DNA from: Octopus bimaculoides
Taxonomy: Eukaryota
NCBI RefSeq assembly: GCF_001194135.2
Contig: NC_068982.1
Span: 6,794,630 to 6,858,629 of the forward strand
Reading direction: 5' to 3'
Length of the DNA stretch: 64,000 bases
This document shows positions 37,639-50,846 of this stretch, one piece after another; position 1 is the first letter of the stretch, and each line of letters begins with the position of its first letter. Under the pieces are notes generated by a model. That model ran no database searches. It was not told the DNA's origin and saw only the letters and a program-made list of their open reading frames with translations. A program made the translations under genes and the position numbers.

Positions 37639-38572
37639 TTAAGGAAGCAAGCATTTAAACTGGTTATATCCAGCCCAAATATTCTGCTTTGATAGTGTGC
37701 TGGTGTATCTCAAACAAAATTGCTGGAGTTTAGTAAGGTTACAGGGTAACGCTGTTAGTAGAAAGGGTGGGGACAAAGATGGGAGGAAATAAAATGAAAA
37801 TGAAACTAAAATTCCTCAAGGCACTGCCCCAGCATGGCCACAGTCTAATGACTGAAATAAATAAAAGATAACAGAGAGAAGATATAAAGATAATGTAGTG
37901 TTCGATCCATTAAGTTAGAATAAAACAGTGTGGTCATGGCTGGAATGTCTTTGATTATAAGTCAACTCAAATAGCACTGACTTAAGGCCAAACAACAACA
38001 ACCTTGTACGCACATTCACTAACCTGCAATAATGCAATTTGCCATTATCTGTATTAATCTTCCAATTGAAAATTGGCATTACATCAATTCACATGGAGTT
38101 CATAGTGATAGTGGTAGCATTTTTAATGTAACCATTTCACTGGGAAAAAAAGATAAATGCAGTCAGAAAGTTTTCATCTATGATTGAGTATTGTAAAAAG
38201 TCATTTGGTTATGTACATGATATATCACTTTGTGTATTCTGCCAAAATTTATTTCAAATACACCAACAGATACAGAACAAACTGTTATGTAATATGTTTT
38301 GTACATGATATATTATTTTTCTTATCCTGTCAATATTCATTTTAAATGTACCAATAGATAAATTATTGTTATGTAATATATTTTGATGATTTAAAAATAT
38401 TTTGTCAAACAATAAATACAAGTTCATTTTATACATATGGCAAGAATTTTGATACAGCTATAAATCATCTGAAGATCAAGTCTAAAAGCTACTTTCAATT
38501 TACACTTAGCATTATTTCTCTTATAGCATTAAGCTACTCCATGTAGGAGTAGAACTCAGCACCATGTGTTTA

Positions 38573-38795
38573 ACCATTTTCTTACTGTATTTCTGTTGAG
38601 ATGCTCTGTGTTTCATTCAATTACTTTAAATATAACAAAGAATTTAGTAAAATAACTTAGTTATCATTCAGCTAGTGTTAGGAACATAAACTGTGACTAA
38701 GGTTTGGTGGCAGATTTTAATTTAGAACTCATGAAAACAAGACATTTGTACTACAGAGCCAGAGGCGGTTTCAGGTTGGTTAGTTTCAAAAGAAT
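38573..38795 (+). mobile_element. Older copy of the 38944 piggyBac-like MITE
   Basis: Direct similarity over ~200 bp; termini decayed. Confidence 0.7.
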
Positions 38796-38943
38796 TATAC
38801 ACACCTCTACATTTGGACAGATGTACATTAGAACCAGTTGGAAGGGTGTGGATTGAAGGAAATTTAAGCTATTATTTCTAGCATATAAACTGACCACATT
38901 GAGATCTCCTCTCATGTCTTCTGCTTATTATTTTTCTTCTTAA

Positions 38944-39163
38944 CCCTTTTGTTACCATGTTTCTCTTGAAATAATCTGTGTTTCTTTCAATTACTTTAAA
39001 TATAACAAATAATTTAGTAAAATAACTTAGTTATCATTCAGCTAGTGTTAGGAACATAAATTGTGACTAAGGTTTGGTGGAAGATTTTAATTCATAACTT
39101 TTGCAAACAAGACATTTGTACTCAGAGCCAGAACTGGTTTCAGCCAGGTTGGTAACAAAAGGG
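38944..39163 (+). mobile_element. piggyBac-like MITE
   Basis: TTAA|cccttttgttacca ... tggtaacaaaaggg|TTAA; third partial inverted copy at ~45415-45569. Confidence 0.85.
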
Positions 39164-39429
39164 TTAAAAGACATTTTAGTGTACTTATTATGTTGAGTTA
39201 TTCAACTGTAAAGTATCTGCAGACAAGAATCACTTGGACTGCAAGAAATAGCAGCCAAATCTCTCTGAAATCACACTCTTAGAATAGAAACCTTTAGACA
39301 ATGTAGTCTAGAATTACCTGCATTTGAGAAAAAGACAAGATTTCAAGGATGGACAGTCACCGATCATGATGTGTTCAATTTGAGCATGAAAAAAAAAAAG
39401 AAATAACTAGGAAAAAAATACTTTTCTAA

Positions 39430-39720
39430 ATCATCATCATCATCATCATCATCATTGTTTAACGTCCATTTTCCATGCTGGCATGGGTTGGACGGACTGA
39501 CTGAGGTCTGGAGAGCCAGAAGGCTGCACCAGGCTCCAGTCTGATCTGGCAATGTTTCTACAGTTGGATGCCCTTCCTAACACCAACCACCCTGAGAGTG
39601 TAGCGGGTGCTTTTTATGTTCCACCAGCACAGGAGCCAGTCAGGTGGTCCTAGCATCAATCACGTTCATGCCACCAACACCGGAGCCAGTCAGGGGACAC
39701 TGGCATCAACTATTCATTTA
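39430..39720 (-). mobile_element. RTE-tail-like SINE
   Basis: (CAT)n then gtttaacgtccattttccatgctggcatgggttgg. Confidence 0.8.
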
Positions 39721-39730
39721 GATAATACCT

Positions 39731-40180
39731 CTCTTTTTACTCTTTTACTCTTTTACTTGTTTCAGTCTTTTGACTGTGGCCATGTTGGAGCACCACCTTT
39801 AGTCGAGCAAATCAACCCCAGGACTTATTCATTAGAAGACTAGTATTTTTTCTATCAGTCTCTTTTGCTGAACCGCTACATTACGGGGACATAAACACAC
39901 CAGCATCGGTTGTCAAGCGATGTTGGGGGGACAAACACAGACACACAAACACACATATATACATATACATATACACGACGGGCTTCTTTCAGTTTCCGTC
40001 TACCAAATCCACTCACAAGGCTTTGGTCGGCCCGAGGCTATAGTAGACACTTGCCCAAGATGCCACGCAGTGGGACTGAACCCGGGACCATGTGGTTGGT
40101 AAGCAAGCTACTTACCACATAGCCACTCCTACGCCTACGTGGTAAGCAAGCTACTTACCACATAGCCACTCCTACGCCTA
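39731..40180 (-). mobile_element. SINE family 1 with tandem duplication of its 5' ~42 bp
   Basis: ggtaagcaagctacttaccacatagccactcctacgcctac occurs twice. Confidence 0.9.
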
Positions 40181-40350
40181 CTCTCATCTCTATAGGAATT
40201 ATTTTAATTGAGGATAAATTGTTGGTTTACTACAGAGGATTCTTGCACATATATTATTTACAGCTTCCTTGAAAAGCCATTAAGAGTTGAGTGATTCAAC
40301 ATTGGACACAGTGCACTAACAATAATAGACATTTTATCTCTTGATCCTTT

Positions 40351-40499
40351 ATATTATTTACATTATTTACATTTGATGGATATTTGTCCTCATCTTGTTT
40401 GTTGTTAACACAACGTTTTGGCTGATATACCCTCCAGCCTTCATCAAGTGTTTTGGGGAAATTTCGAACCTAGGTTCTCATTCCTAAGGTATTTTTTGA

Positions 40500-40541
<42 letters not shown>

Positions 40542-40635
40542 CATTATTATTATTCATGTCACTGCGTGGAATCGAACTTGGAATCTTGGGGTTAGTAGCC
40601 CACGCTCTTAACCACTACGCCCTATGCCTGTGGGC

Positions 40636-40685
<50 letters not shown>

Positions 40686-40870
40686 TCGAAAAATACCTTA
40701 AGAATGAGAACCGAGGTTCGAAATTTCCCCAAGACACCTGATGAAGGCTGGAGGGTATATCAGCCGAAGCGTTGTGTTAAAAAACAACAAGATGAGGACA
40801 AACATCCGTCACATGTAAATAATGTACATAATGTACATAATTCCTTATCTCTTAAATACAAAACTGTATT
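40351..40870. mobile_element. Locus D of tRNA-headed hammerhead element (inverted pair)
   Basis: Minus arm without tail, plus arm with tail; no clear flanking duplication seen. Confidence 0.85.
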
Positions 40871-40980
40871 ATCTTAATACTCTCTAAACATCTTCTCTCT
40901 CTATACTTTGGAAAATGGGTATCTATCATACTTCACATTTCCAGTAACAGTTGTCTGTATTGCCTGCAAAAATATACTTA

Positions 40981-41825
40981 GTAGCTTGCTTACCCAAACA
41001 CATGGTCCTGGGTTCAGTCCCACTGCGTGGCACCTTGGGCAAGTGTCTTCTACTATAGCTTCGGGCTGACCAAAGCCTTGTGAGTGGATATGGTAGACGG
41101 AAACTGGAAGAAGCTCGTCATCATCATCATCATCATCATCGTTTAACGTCCGCTTTCCATGCTAGCATGGGTTGGACGATTTGACTGAGGACTGGTGAAA
41201 CCGGATGGCAACACCAGGCTCCAGTCTGATTTGGCAGAGTTTCTACAGCTGGATGCCCTTCCTAACGCCAACCACTCAGAGAGTGTAGTGGGTGCTTTTA
41301 CGTGTCACCCGCACGAAAACGGCCACGCTCGAAATGGTGTCTTTTATGTGCCACCCGCACAAGCCAGTCCAGGGGCACTGGCAACGATCTCGCTCGAAAA
41401 TCCTACAGGAGCCAGTCAGGCGGTACTGGCAACGGCCACGCTCAAAATGGTGCATCTCATGTGCCAACCGCACAAGAACCAGTCCAGGGGCACTGGCAAC
41501 GATATGTATATATATGTATATGTTTATGTATATATATGTATATGTATATGTATATGTATATATGTATATGTATATGTATATATATGTATATGTTTGTGTG
41601 TGTATATGTTTGTGTGTTTGTGCTTGTCCCCCCCCCCAACATCGCTTGACAACCAATGCTGGTGTGTTTACGTCCCCATAACTTAGCGGTTCAGTAAAAG
41701 AGACCGATAGAATAAGTACCAGGCTTACAAAGAATAAGCTCTGGGGTCGATTTGCTCAACTTAAAGGCGGTGCTCCAACATGGCCACAGTCAAATGACAG
41801 AAACATGTAAAAGAGTAAAAAGAGT
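40981..41825 (+). mobile_element. SINE family 1 interrupted by an RTE-tail-like SINE
   Basis: Head 40981-41117, insertion 41118-41503, remainder to 41825. Confidence 0.9.
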
Positions 41826-41965
41826 CAACCACAGATGAAGTATTATTCAAGCCATGTTTGTATTGACAAATTATCGTAGAACTAATAGAAAGTTAGTTTA
41901 CACAGATTTTACAAAGTTAATGAATTATAACCATTGTAATACTGTAATATTTGACACTGATCACA

Positions 41966-42905
41966 ATGATGATGGTGGTGTTGGTGGTGGTAGTGGTGGT
42001 GTTGAGATAAGTCTCACATTTCTACTTTGCTTTGTTTTTCTTTGTTTTCTTTTAATCTGTTCCTAAGTATAATGGATGTGAAATATAATCAATACAAGGA
42101 AAACAAATTACTGAAATTTGATCTACTTGAAATCAAGAATAACCTTTAGCAATATATTCAGTTATTAAATATTTTTCAAATATAAGTAACTGGCTAATGG
42201 AGAAGAAAAAGAAAATGAAAAACACGCAAGTGATTCTATTTGAATTATCTAAACTGATTTGAAGTACAGGATTTTATGTAGGATTACTTTGTTTACCAAT
42301 AGGAAAGTGAGGCTGGAAATTATTACCCTGGGAAATAGATTGTGTTATATAAGAAATCTTATTAACATTTAAGAAGAGTCTTTTAGAATTTTAATATAAA
42401 TTTGTCAGCATTAAATATATTACCTGATGGCAAAAATCACACAATATAAAGCTTACTTTAATTGAATAAATAATGTATGTGTTAATGTTAAGACAAGATT
42501 CTCTCCTGTTTTGTCTTAGCAAATCAGCAATGGATCAGATTATAAGCATGCCACCTACATTTTTGAAAAACAGAAATGCGATGTCAATGGCCGTCAGTTC
42601 TCACTGATACCATATAAATATCAAATTACTTTGTCATTACATCTAATTTTCTATAATTTTACTTTTTATAATGACATGGGAAATTTTCCACGGGTAATTT
42701 TGGTTTGCGGAACATGTAGTTAACGAAATGTAGGGACCCCCCCCCCCCCCCCACCTCCCCAAGATTTAATCAATAACTCTTACAACTGCACTGACAGAAT
42801 ATAATTAACATTAACAATAGTTCTTGTCGAGGAAATACAAGGTTGAAAAATTCCAAAATTCAAATTGATTAAAAATTGAACAGTGCCATGCAAAAAAGTA
42901 TGCTT
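41966..42905. repeat. Copy 1 of an old ~900-bp repeat (others at ~46940-47935 and ~56140-57000)
   Basis: Shared blocks such as aaacaaatt.ctgaa.tttgatc.acttgaaatca.gaataacctttagcaa, in the same order and orientation. Confidence 0.8.
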
Positions 42906-42916
42906 CACATATCTAT

Positions 42917-43582
42917 CTTTTACCTTTTATTTTTTAACTTTTTCTTGTTTCAGTCATTAGATTGCGGCCATGCTGGGGCAGCGCTTTTAAGAATTTTAGT
43001 CAAATGAATCAACCACGGCACTTGTTCTTTTAAAATCCGATACTTATTCTTGCCAAGTTATGGGGATGTAAACACACCAACACAGGTTGTCAAGTGGTGG
43101 TGGAAGACACACACAGACACACACACACACACACACACACAGATACAAAGTCACACACACACACACACACACGGAGTCACACACTATCACAGATACACAC
43201 ACAGTCATACACACACACATGCATACACACACACATACACATACACAGACACAAAGTCACACACACACACATTACCATAGATACACACACAATCACACAT
43301 ACACACACACAACGTCACACACACGCACGCACACACACACACACACACAGTCACACACTGCCATAGACACACACACACAGACACATACACACACACACAC
43401 AGAGTCACAAACACACACACATGCAGTTCATCATTCAATTTCCATCCACCAAATCCAAAGCTGAGGCTTTGGTCAACCTGAGGCTAAAAAGAAGACACTT
43501 GCCCAAGGTGTCATACAGTGGGACTGAACTCAGAACATGTGGTTGTGAAGCAAGCTACTTGTTACACTGCCACACCTGTACC
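42917..43582 (-). mobile_element. SINE family 1 with expanded compound (CA)n
   Basis: Tail, ~320-bp CA-rich microsatellite, core and head. Confidence 0.85.
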
Positions 43583-43974
43583 TATTTAATAATTAAACTG
43601 ATTTTTGGTTTATCTCAATGTAAGGATTTATAAGAAAGAATATAAGTTCAGAATTAAATCGAGTACTGATCAGGTAATTCAAAAACGATAATAATGGAAT
43701 ATTTTCATGGATTATTTATCTAAATAAAATATATAACTGAGTCGGTGGTGACATGTTTAATTTAGGGATCATGAAACATTTTTTATTAATTAGAACTGTA
43801 GCTTTAATGAAAAGAAATTCATTAGTTTTAGGCAGGTCTATTAATTCTATAATTGTTGTATTTAGTTATCAGTACAACTTCGTTATATGGGTCAGCAGGT
43901 TGTGCGAAACTACAATGGGTTAAATAGACAACAAAACCTGTCAAAGTGAGAAAGCAAAGTCAATGACCTGATCT

Positions 43975-44298
43975 ACACAGACATGCAGGAAGTAAATAGA
44001 CACTTTTAAGTTTCAAAATCTTTTATTTGATATTAATTGGTTGAAGGAGAGGTTTTCTTTTAGCTGCTCGTCCGCAATACCCAAGCTTATGCAGATATAT
44101 AAGACACATTCTTGGACTGGCTTCTAGCTGTTTTGCAATGTCAGAAGCCTTCAAACGGGGTTCGTTTTCCACAATTCTCTTCAAACAACGAAGCTTACTT
44201 TCCAGGGGCCCAGGTTGGCCGGGACAAGGATCTGTTGATTCTTTTCCTTGGCTTTTGAATTGCACTATAATTCTATTAACAGTAGCAAGAGGAATTTG
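43975..44298 (-). mobile_element. Tc1-like fragment
   Basis: ORF 44023-44265 LKRIVENEPRLKASDIAKQLEASP...LGYCGRAAKRKPLL. Confidence 0.8.
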
Positions 44299-44383
44299 TG
44301 ATGTTGAACTATTCTAGATGTTATAGGGTTTACTGAAATAAGACCCCAAAATTGTGATAATATATAAGACCTAATAAGCATAC

Positions 44384-44590
44384 ATTCATCATCATTTCTA
44401 TATTTAAGAGATGAAGAATTATGTACATTATTTACATTATTTACATTTGACAGATATTTTCATCATCTTGTTTGTTATTAACACAATGTTTCAGCTGATA
44501 TACCCTCACCCTCCATCACAGGCATATGGCGTAGTGGTTAAGAGTGCAGGCTACTAACCCCAAGATTCTAAGTTCGATTCAAGGCAGTGA

Positions 44591-44645
<55 letters not shown>

Positions 44646-44836
44646 CAGAAGAAGAAGAAGAAGAAGAAGAAGAACAACAACAACAACATCGAAAAATACC
44701 TTAGGAATGAGAACTCAGGTTCGAAATTTCCCCAAGACACCTGATGAAGGCTGGAGGGTATATCAGCTGAAACGTGTTAACAACAAACAAGATGAGGACA
44801 AATATCCATCAAATGTAAATGATATTCATCACCATT
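44384..44836. mobile_element. Locus E of tRNA-headed hammerhead element (inverted pair)
   Basis: Tail arm at left, full head arm at right; direct repeat attcatcaYcatt at 44384-44396 and 44824-44836. Confidence 0.85.
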
Positions 44837-45794
44837 ATCGTTTAATATCCGTCTTCCATATATGCATGGGTTGGATGGTTGACAGGAGCCAGCCAGGTAG
44901 GAACACTACCCTCGGCTACTGTGTCTGTTTTGGGAGGGGTTTTACGGTTGGATGCCCTTTCTAACAGCATCCACCATACAGAATGTATGGTGCCTTTTAC
45001 ATGGCACTAACACTGGTGAAGTAAGTTTTGGTTTAATATTGAGAAAGCAATCATAGAAAGGGGATAAGTTTCAGGATTTATGAAATATTTGATGCACTAT
45101 AAGACTGGCTGCTAACCCATGCGTCTTAATAGATACAAATATATGATATAATTAGTGATTACAATGATGAGAAAAACCCCTTCAAAATCTTAAGAGAAAA
45201 TGTAGCTGGTAAACATAACTATATAAGCAATGATAATGACACCTTAATAAGGACAATCAAAATTAAGCTGAAAGACAAAATGTAAGATTAAATTATATTT
45301 TAAAAGCTTCAAGGATGCAAACATAACAGCAACATTAAAAATGGAGAAAGGTAAAAAAAAAAACTGTCTTCATTTTTGTTATTCTTATATGTTCAACAAT
45401 TAACAAAAGCCTAATGATCTAATTTAAAGCTTTTCATTAAAATTTTATGTTTGTTCCAAACACGAGTTTAATAATGACAAAATTATTTTACTAAAATCTT
45501 CATTATATTTCTAATTAATTGAAGCAATGGTGGTGCATTTCAACTGGAATGTGGTAAGGAAAGGGTTAAATAATTAATAATAACAGCAGACAGAATTCTT
45601 GATAAAATGAAAATACGATTCTTGGATAAATAAAGATGCTTCAATCAGAGTTGTGTTGAAAGATGCTTGAAAGAGAACTGATTCGAAATAGAAACAGCAG
45701 AAAGGAATGAGAGAATATAAAAATGAAAAGAAAAACCAAGCTATGCTGTAACCAACACCAAACCTAATATATAATTCAAGTCATCTTGTTAGCT

Positions 45795-46179
45795 TTTATC
45801 TTTTGTTGCTTCCTGTTTCAGTCATCAGACTGTGGCCATGCTGGGGCACCAACTTCAAGAATTTTTAGTTGAGCGAATCAATCCCGATAATTTTTTTTTT
45901 TATTTCAATCCTGGTACTTATTCTATAGGTCTATGTTGCCAAACTGGTAAGTGTGAGGGATGTTAACACACTAACACTGGTTGTCAAGTGGAAGTAGAGG
46001 ACAAACACACACACAAATACATGATGGACTTCTTTCCATTTCCGTCTACCAAATCTGCTCACAAGGCTTTGGTCAGCCCAAGAATATAATATAAGACACT
46101 TGCCCAAGGTGCCATGCTGTGGGATTGAACCCAAAACGGTGTAATTGGGAGGCAAGCTTCTTACCACACATCTGTGCCT
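45795..46179 (-). mobile_element. SINE family 1
   Basis: Family consensus match, diverged. Confidence 0.85.
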
Positions 46180-46939
46180 ATTATGGAAAAATTAAATTAA
46201 ATATGTAATACAAAGTTTGTATTTGTATATATATACGGTGATGGTAGTGGTGGTGGTGGTGGTGGTGGTGGTGATGGTGATGGTGATGGTGGTGATGATG
46301 GTGGTGGTGGTGGTGGTGGTAATGATGATGATGGTGGTGGTGNNNNNNNNNNNNNNNNNNNNNNNNNNNNNNNNNNNNNNNNNNNNNNNNNNNNNNNNNN
46401 NNNNNNNNNNNNNNNNNNNNNNNNNNNNNNNNNNNNNNNNNNNNNNNNNNNNNNNNNNNNNNNNNNNNNNNNNNNNNNNNNNNNNNNNNNNNNNNNNNNN
46501 NNNNNNNNNNNNNNNNNNNNNNNNNNNNNNNNNNNNNNNNNNNNNNNNNNNNNNNNNNNNNNNNNNNNNNNNNNNNNNNNNNNNNNNNNNNNNNNNNNNN
46601 NNNNNNNNNNNNNNNNNNNNNNNNNNNNNNNNNNNNNNNNNNNNNNNNNNNNNNNNNNNNNNNNNNNNNNNNNNNNNNNNNNNNNNNNNNNNNNNNNNNN
46701 NNNNNNNNNNNNNNNNNNNNNNNNNNNNNNNNNNNNNNNNNNNNNNNNNNNNNNNNNNNNNNNNNNNNNNNNNNNNNNNNNNNNNNNNNNNNNNNNNNNN
46801 NNNNNNNNNNNNNNNNNNNNNNNNNTGAACCCAAAACGGTGTAATTGGGAGGCAAGCTTCTTACCACACATCTGTGCCTATTATGGAAAAATTAAATTAA
46901 ATATGTAATACAAAGTTTGTATTTGTATATATATACGGT

Positions 46940-47338
46940 GATGGTAGTGGTGGTGGTGGTGGTGGTGGTGGTGATGGTAATTACGATTCTCACATGCCTG
47001 TTTATGATTAATGTTTGCTTTGATTTATTCCCTTCCTTTTCTGTTGACAATCATAAAACAAATTGCTGAAGTTTGATCCACTTGAAATCATGAATAACCT
47101 TTAGCAACATTTTCAGTTATTAAATATTTTTTCGAATAAAAGTAACTGTCAAATATGAGGAAAAAACAACAAACAAAAAAAAACAGGAGGAACGAAACAA
47201 AAACAATAAACAAAACAAAACAAAAAAAAACTATATTTTAAGTATCCAAGAAGACTCGAAGTACAGGATCTTGTTTAGAAATGCTTTACTTACCAATAAA
47301 AAACTGATGCTGGAAATTACAATACGGGTTTGTATATG

Positions 47339-47371
<33 letters not shown>

Positions 47372-47935
47372 ATATTTTGTTAATATTTAAGAGCATTCTT
47401 TATTCTTGTTTAATTTGCTCGCAGTAAATTCATTACTAACGGCAAAAACTTTCTTTAATTGAACAAAGCTTAGTTTAATTAAATAATGTATGTGTCAATG
47501 TTAAGACAATCTTCCCTCCTTTTTTTTATCTCTTAACAAATCAGAAACAGGTCAGATTTAAAACATTCTGCCCACATTCTGTGAAACAGAAATTGATGTA
47601 GATGGCCATTGATTCTTATTGGTACGTTATAAATATCGAATTCTAATTTCGTTAAAACTTTTTTGTCGTCGTTTCATTTCTATAATGACATGCCAAATTA
47701 TTGCCATGGATAATTTCTGCCTGAAGAGCATGTAGTTAGGTGGAGCCTAATAAAATTAAGTGACCTCCCCAACCTCCACATAGACACACCTTCAGAAAAA
47801 TTAATCAATAACCCTTACAACTGCAATGGAGTGAAAAATGATTAGCGTTTAAGATACTTCTTGTCAAAGAAATATAAGGCAGAAAAATTCCAAAATCCAA
47901 ATTGTTGAAAAATTGAATGGCACCAGCAGGAAGGT
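46940..47935. repeat. Copy 2 of old ~900-bp repeat
   Basis: See 41966-42905. Confidence 0.75.
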
Positions 47936-47944
47936 ATTTTGTTA

Positions 47945-48156
47945 TTTTTATTCTTTTATTTGTTTCAGTCATTTGACTGCAGCCATGCTGGAGCACTGCC
48001 TTTAGTCAAACAAATATCAGCCCCAGGGTTTATTCTTTGTAAGCCTAGTACTTATTCTATCAGTCATTTTTGCTGAACTGCTAAGTTATGAGGATGTGAA
48101 CACACCAACATTGGTTGTCAATTATCTAAAGTGTGTATACATTTTTTTTGGACACC

Positions 48157-48197
<41 letters not shown>

Positions 48198-48198
48198 C

Positions 48199-48230
<32 letters not shown>

Positions 48231-48840
48231 GTATGTGTGTGTGTATTTATGTGTGCGTCTTTGTGTCTGTGTTTGCTATCCACCCCATTGCTTGACAACT
48301 GATGTTGATGTGTTTACGTCCCCATAACTTAGCAGTTCAGCAGAAATGACTGATAGAATAAGCAACAGGCTTACAGAGAATAAGTCCAGGGGTCGATTTC
48401 TTCAACTAAAAGGCAGTGCTCCAGCATGGTCCCAGTTAAATGACTGAAACAAATAAAAGAATAAAAAAAGATAAATGAGGAGGAAGAGTGGCTGTGTGGT
48501 AAGTAGCTTGCTTACCAATCACATGGTTCCGAGTTCAGTCCCACTGTGTGGCGCCTTGGGCAAGTGTCTTCTACTATAACCTCGGGCTGACCAAAGCCTT
48601 GTGAGTGGATTTGGTAGACGGAAACTGAAAGAAGCCCGTCATATTGTCCCCCCAACATCACTTGACAACCGATACAGGTGTGTTTACGTCCCCGTAACTT
48701 AGAGGTTCGGCAAAAGAGACCGATAGAATAAGTACTAGGCTTACATAGACTAAGTCCTGGGGTCGATTTGTTCAACTAAGGCGGTGCTCCAGCATGGCCA
48801 CAAGTCAAATGACTGAAACAAGTAAAAAAAAAAAAGAGAG
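47945..48840. mobile_element. Cluster of three SINE family 1 pieces (minus tail, plus tail, plus near-full copy)
   Basis: 47945-48120 (-), ~48230-48465 (+), 48482-48840 (+); Tc1-like TIR scrap ttttggacaccctcta near 48150. Confidence 0.85.
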
Positions 48841-49471
48841 TATGACAGATTTAAAAGAGGATAAGACATTCTGTTCATATGACAGGGGTTACAGAAGCAA
48901 AATAAAAATGTGTGATGTGTACATGGTAGAGGCGAGACATTAAATATAGTTTTGTATAAAAGAAGAGAAGATCAATGAAGGTTGTAAGCTTCAGGGTATA
49001 TGAAATATTTAATGTTGATCATAACTTGTACACTGATTTCCAGCAGAAATTACAAGGGTAATCTTGGCAGATAAACAATGCAATGTTTTGATAATCCAAA
49101 TATTTGATCTAATTAGCAATTACAATGATAAAGAACTGGAAATATTCTTTCAAAATCTAAAGAAAATACAGTTAGTGAAAATAGGCAGCGTTCAGGAGAT
49201 TATAATTATGGGGATCAAAATTAAGCTCAAATTTTTCAGGAAAAAAAAAAAAATACAGGGCATAAAATAAGATTTGGGAAAATTAAAAATCTAAAATGGA
49301 AGAGTAAAATTTAAGGCACATAAAAGAGGAAAATGCACATCTTTATTTGTATTAGTTGCATGTGTTAAACATTTACCAAGATAATACAGTTCTATATCTA
49401 AGAGATGAGGAATTATGTACATTATTTACATTATTTACATTTGACGGATATTTGTCCTCATCTTTGTTGTT

Positions 49472-49517
49472 AACACAATGTTTCGGCTGATATACCCTCC
49501 AGCCTTCATCAGGTGTC
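49472..49517 (-). ncRNA. Minimal hammerhead motif (G16.2 to A)
   Basis: gacacCTGATGAaggctggagggtatatcagccGAAAcattgtgtt on the minus strand. Confidence 0.5.
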
Positions 49518-49583
49518 TTGGGGAAATTTCAAATCTGGCTTCTCGTTCCTAAGGTATTTTTCGATGTCATTATTATTATTATT

Positions 49584-50130
49584 GAGTGAGAGAGAAATGC
49601 ATGCCATCAAAGTGACACTGGAGTAAAATATATGAAGCCCATTATACCCATCAGGACTACCCGTCTGATAAGGGTACACCAGGCACATGTATCACAACCA
49701 TATGTGCCTGACATGGTGATCTCATATCAAGATAAACTGTGAATGACCTTGCAGGTGGGGCCCAGTTAGAATTTTCTTCAGGTCAAGTAGCCCATACCAC
49801 TCAAAGGTCCCTGAATAAGGTTTGTTTAAGGATGTTGAGCAAAACACCCGTGTTTCCAATGGTGAATTATCCAAACCCCAAAGAATTCCTCTCAACACAT
49901 GGCTATGATGCTTACCCACTGCTTCTGCTCAAGATCAGAGATGCACATATCGTCAGCTACCAGGGGACATGCTCAACTGGTTAAGGTCAAACAATTGATA
50001 TTCAAATCTGTGGTATTAAGCAGAATATTTACTGTAGCCCATCTTTTTATACCAAGACAAAACAATGTACATGATAATACTTCCAATCAATTAAGATCAG
50101 AAGCTATGAGAGCCACTGCTTGGTACTGCA
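49584..50130 (-). mobile_element. Second copy of ~550-bp (TAA)n-associated repeat
   Basis: Colinear with 13665-14219; inserted in the (TTA)n of locus F. Confidence 0.75.
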
Positions 50131-50138
50131 CACATGCA

Positions 50139-50202
<64 letters not shown>

Positions 50203-50846
50203 TCAGTGCCTGGCATATGGCATAGTGGTTAAGAGCGTGGGCTACTAACCCCAAGATTCCAAGTTCGATTCCACGCAGTGACATGAATAATAATAATAAT
50301 ACAAATAATAATAATAATAACAACAACATCGAAAAATACCTTAGGAATGAGAACCCAGGTTTGAAATTTTCCCCTGGACACCTGAAGAAGGCTGGAGAGT
50401 ACATCAGATGAAATGTGCTAAAAACAAACAGGATGAGGACAAATATCCGTCAAATGTAAATGTAAATAATTTACCAAGATCCTTTAAATAATAGCAGTAG
50501 ACAAAATTCTTGATGAAAGGAAACCAAAGCTGTTTGATTGAAGTGTGTTGAAAAATAAGAATTGTAATAGAATCAATATGAAGAAGAAAGAGAAGAAAGA
50601 AAATTATAAAATATAGAAATGACAAAAATAAAACTTTGTTGTACTAAATCTGAAGAATGATTCAAGGTAAGACATTGAGCTGAATTATACTTCAGATCTT
50701 GTTAAGATAATTGTTAGATAATTGTGCAGACATATATGTATGTATGTATGTATGGATGGATGTATGTATGTATGTATGCATGCATCTATGTATGTATGTA
50801 TATATGGATGTATGTATGTATGCATGCATCTATGTATGTATGTATG

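Larger units (their letters stand above)
49371..50480. mobile_element. Locus F of tRNA-headed hammerhead element, interrupted by the (TAA)n-associated repeat
   Basis: Direct repeat atttaccaagat at 49371-49382 and 50469-50480; tail at left only. Confidence 0.85.

Noticed and set aside
41696-41720. gagaccgatag..aagtac resembling a 28S rRNA segment
   Set aside because: Only 11 contiguous nt; lies in the SINE tail and resembles the Meta-like gataaaataagtacc motif
44520-44596. Genuine tRNA-Ser gene
   Set aside because: Acceptor stem does not pair and the sequence is always fused to the repeat body; it is a SINE head
46126-46978. Exact ~150-bp direct repeat (46126 onward and 46826 onward) on both sides of a gap
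   Set aside because: Identical sequence flanking an N-run next to a (GGT)n tract is typical of an unmerged contig overlap; most likely an assembly artefact
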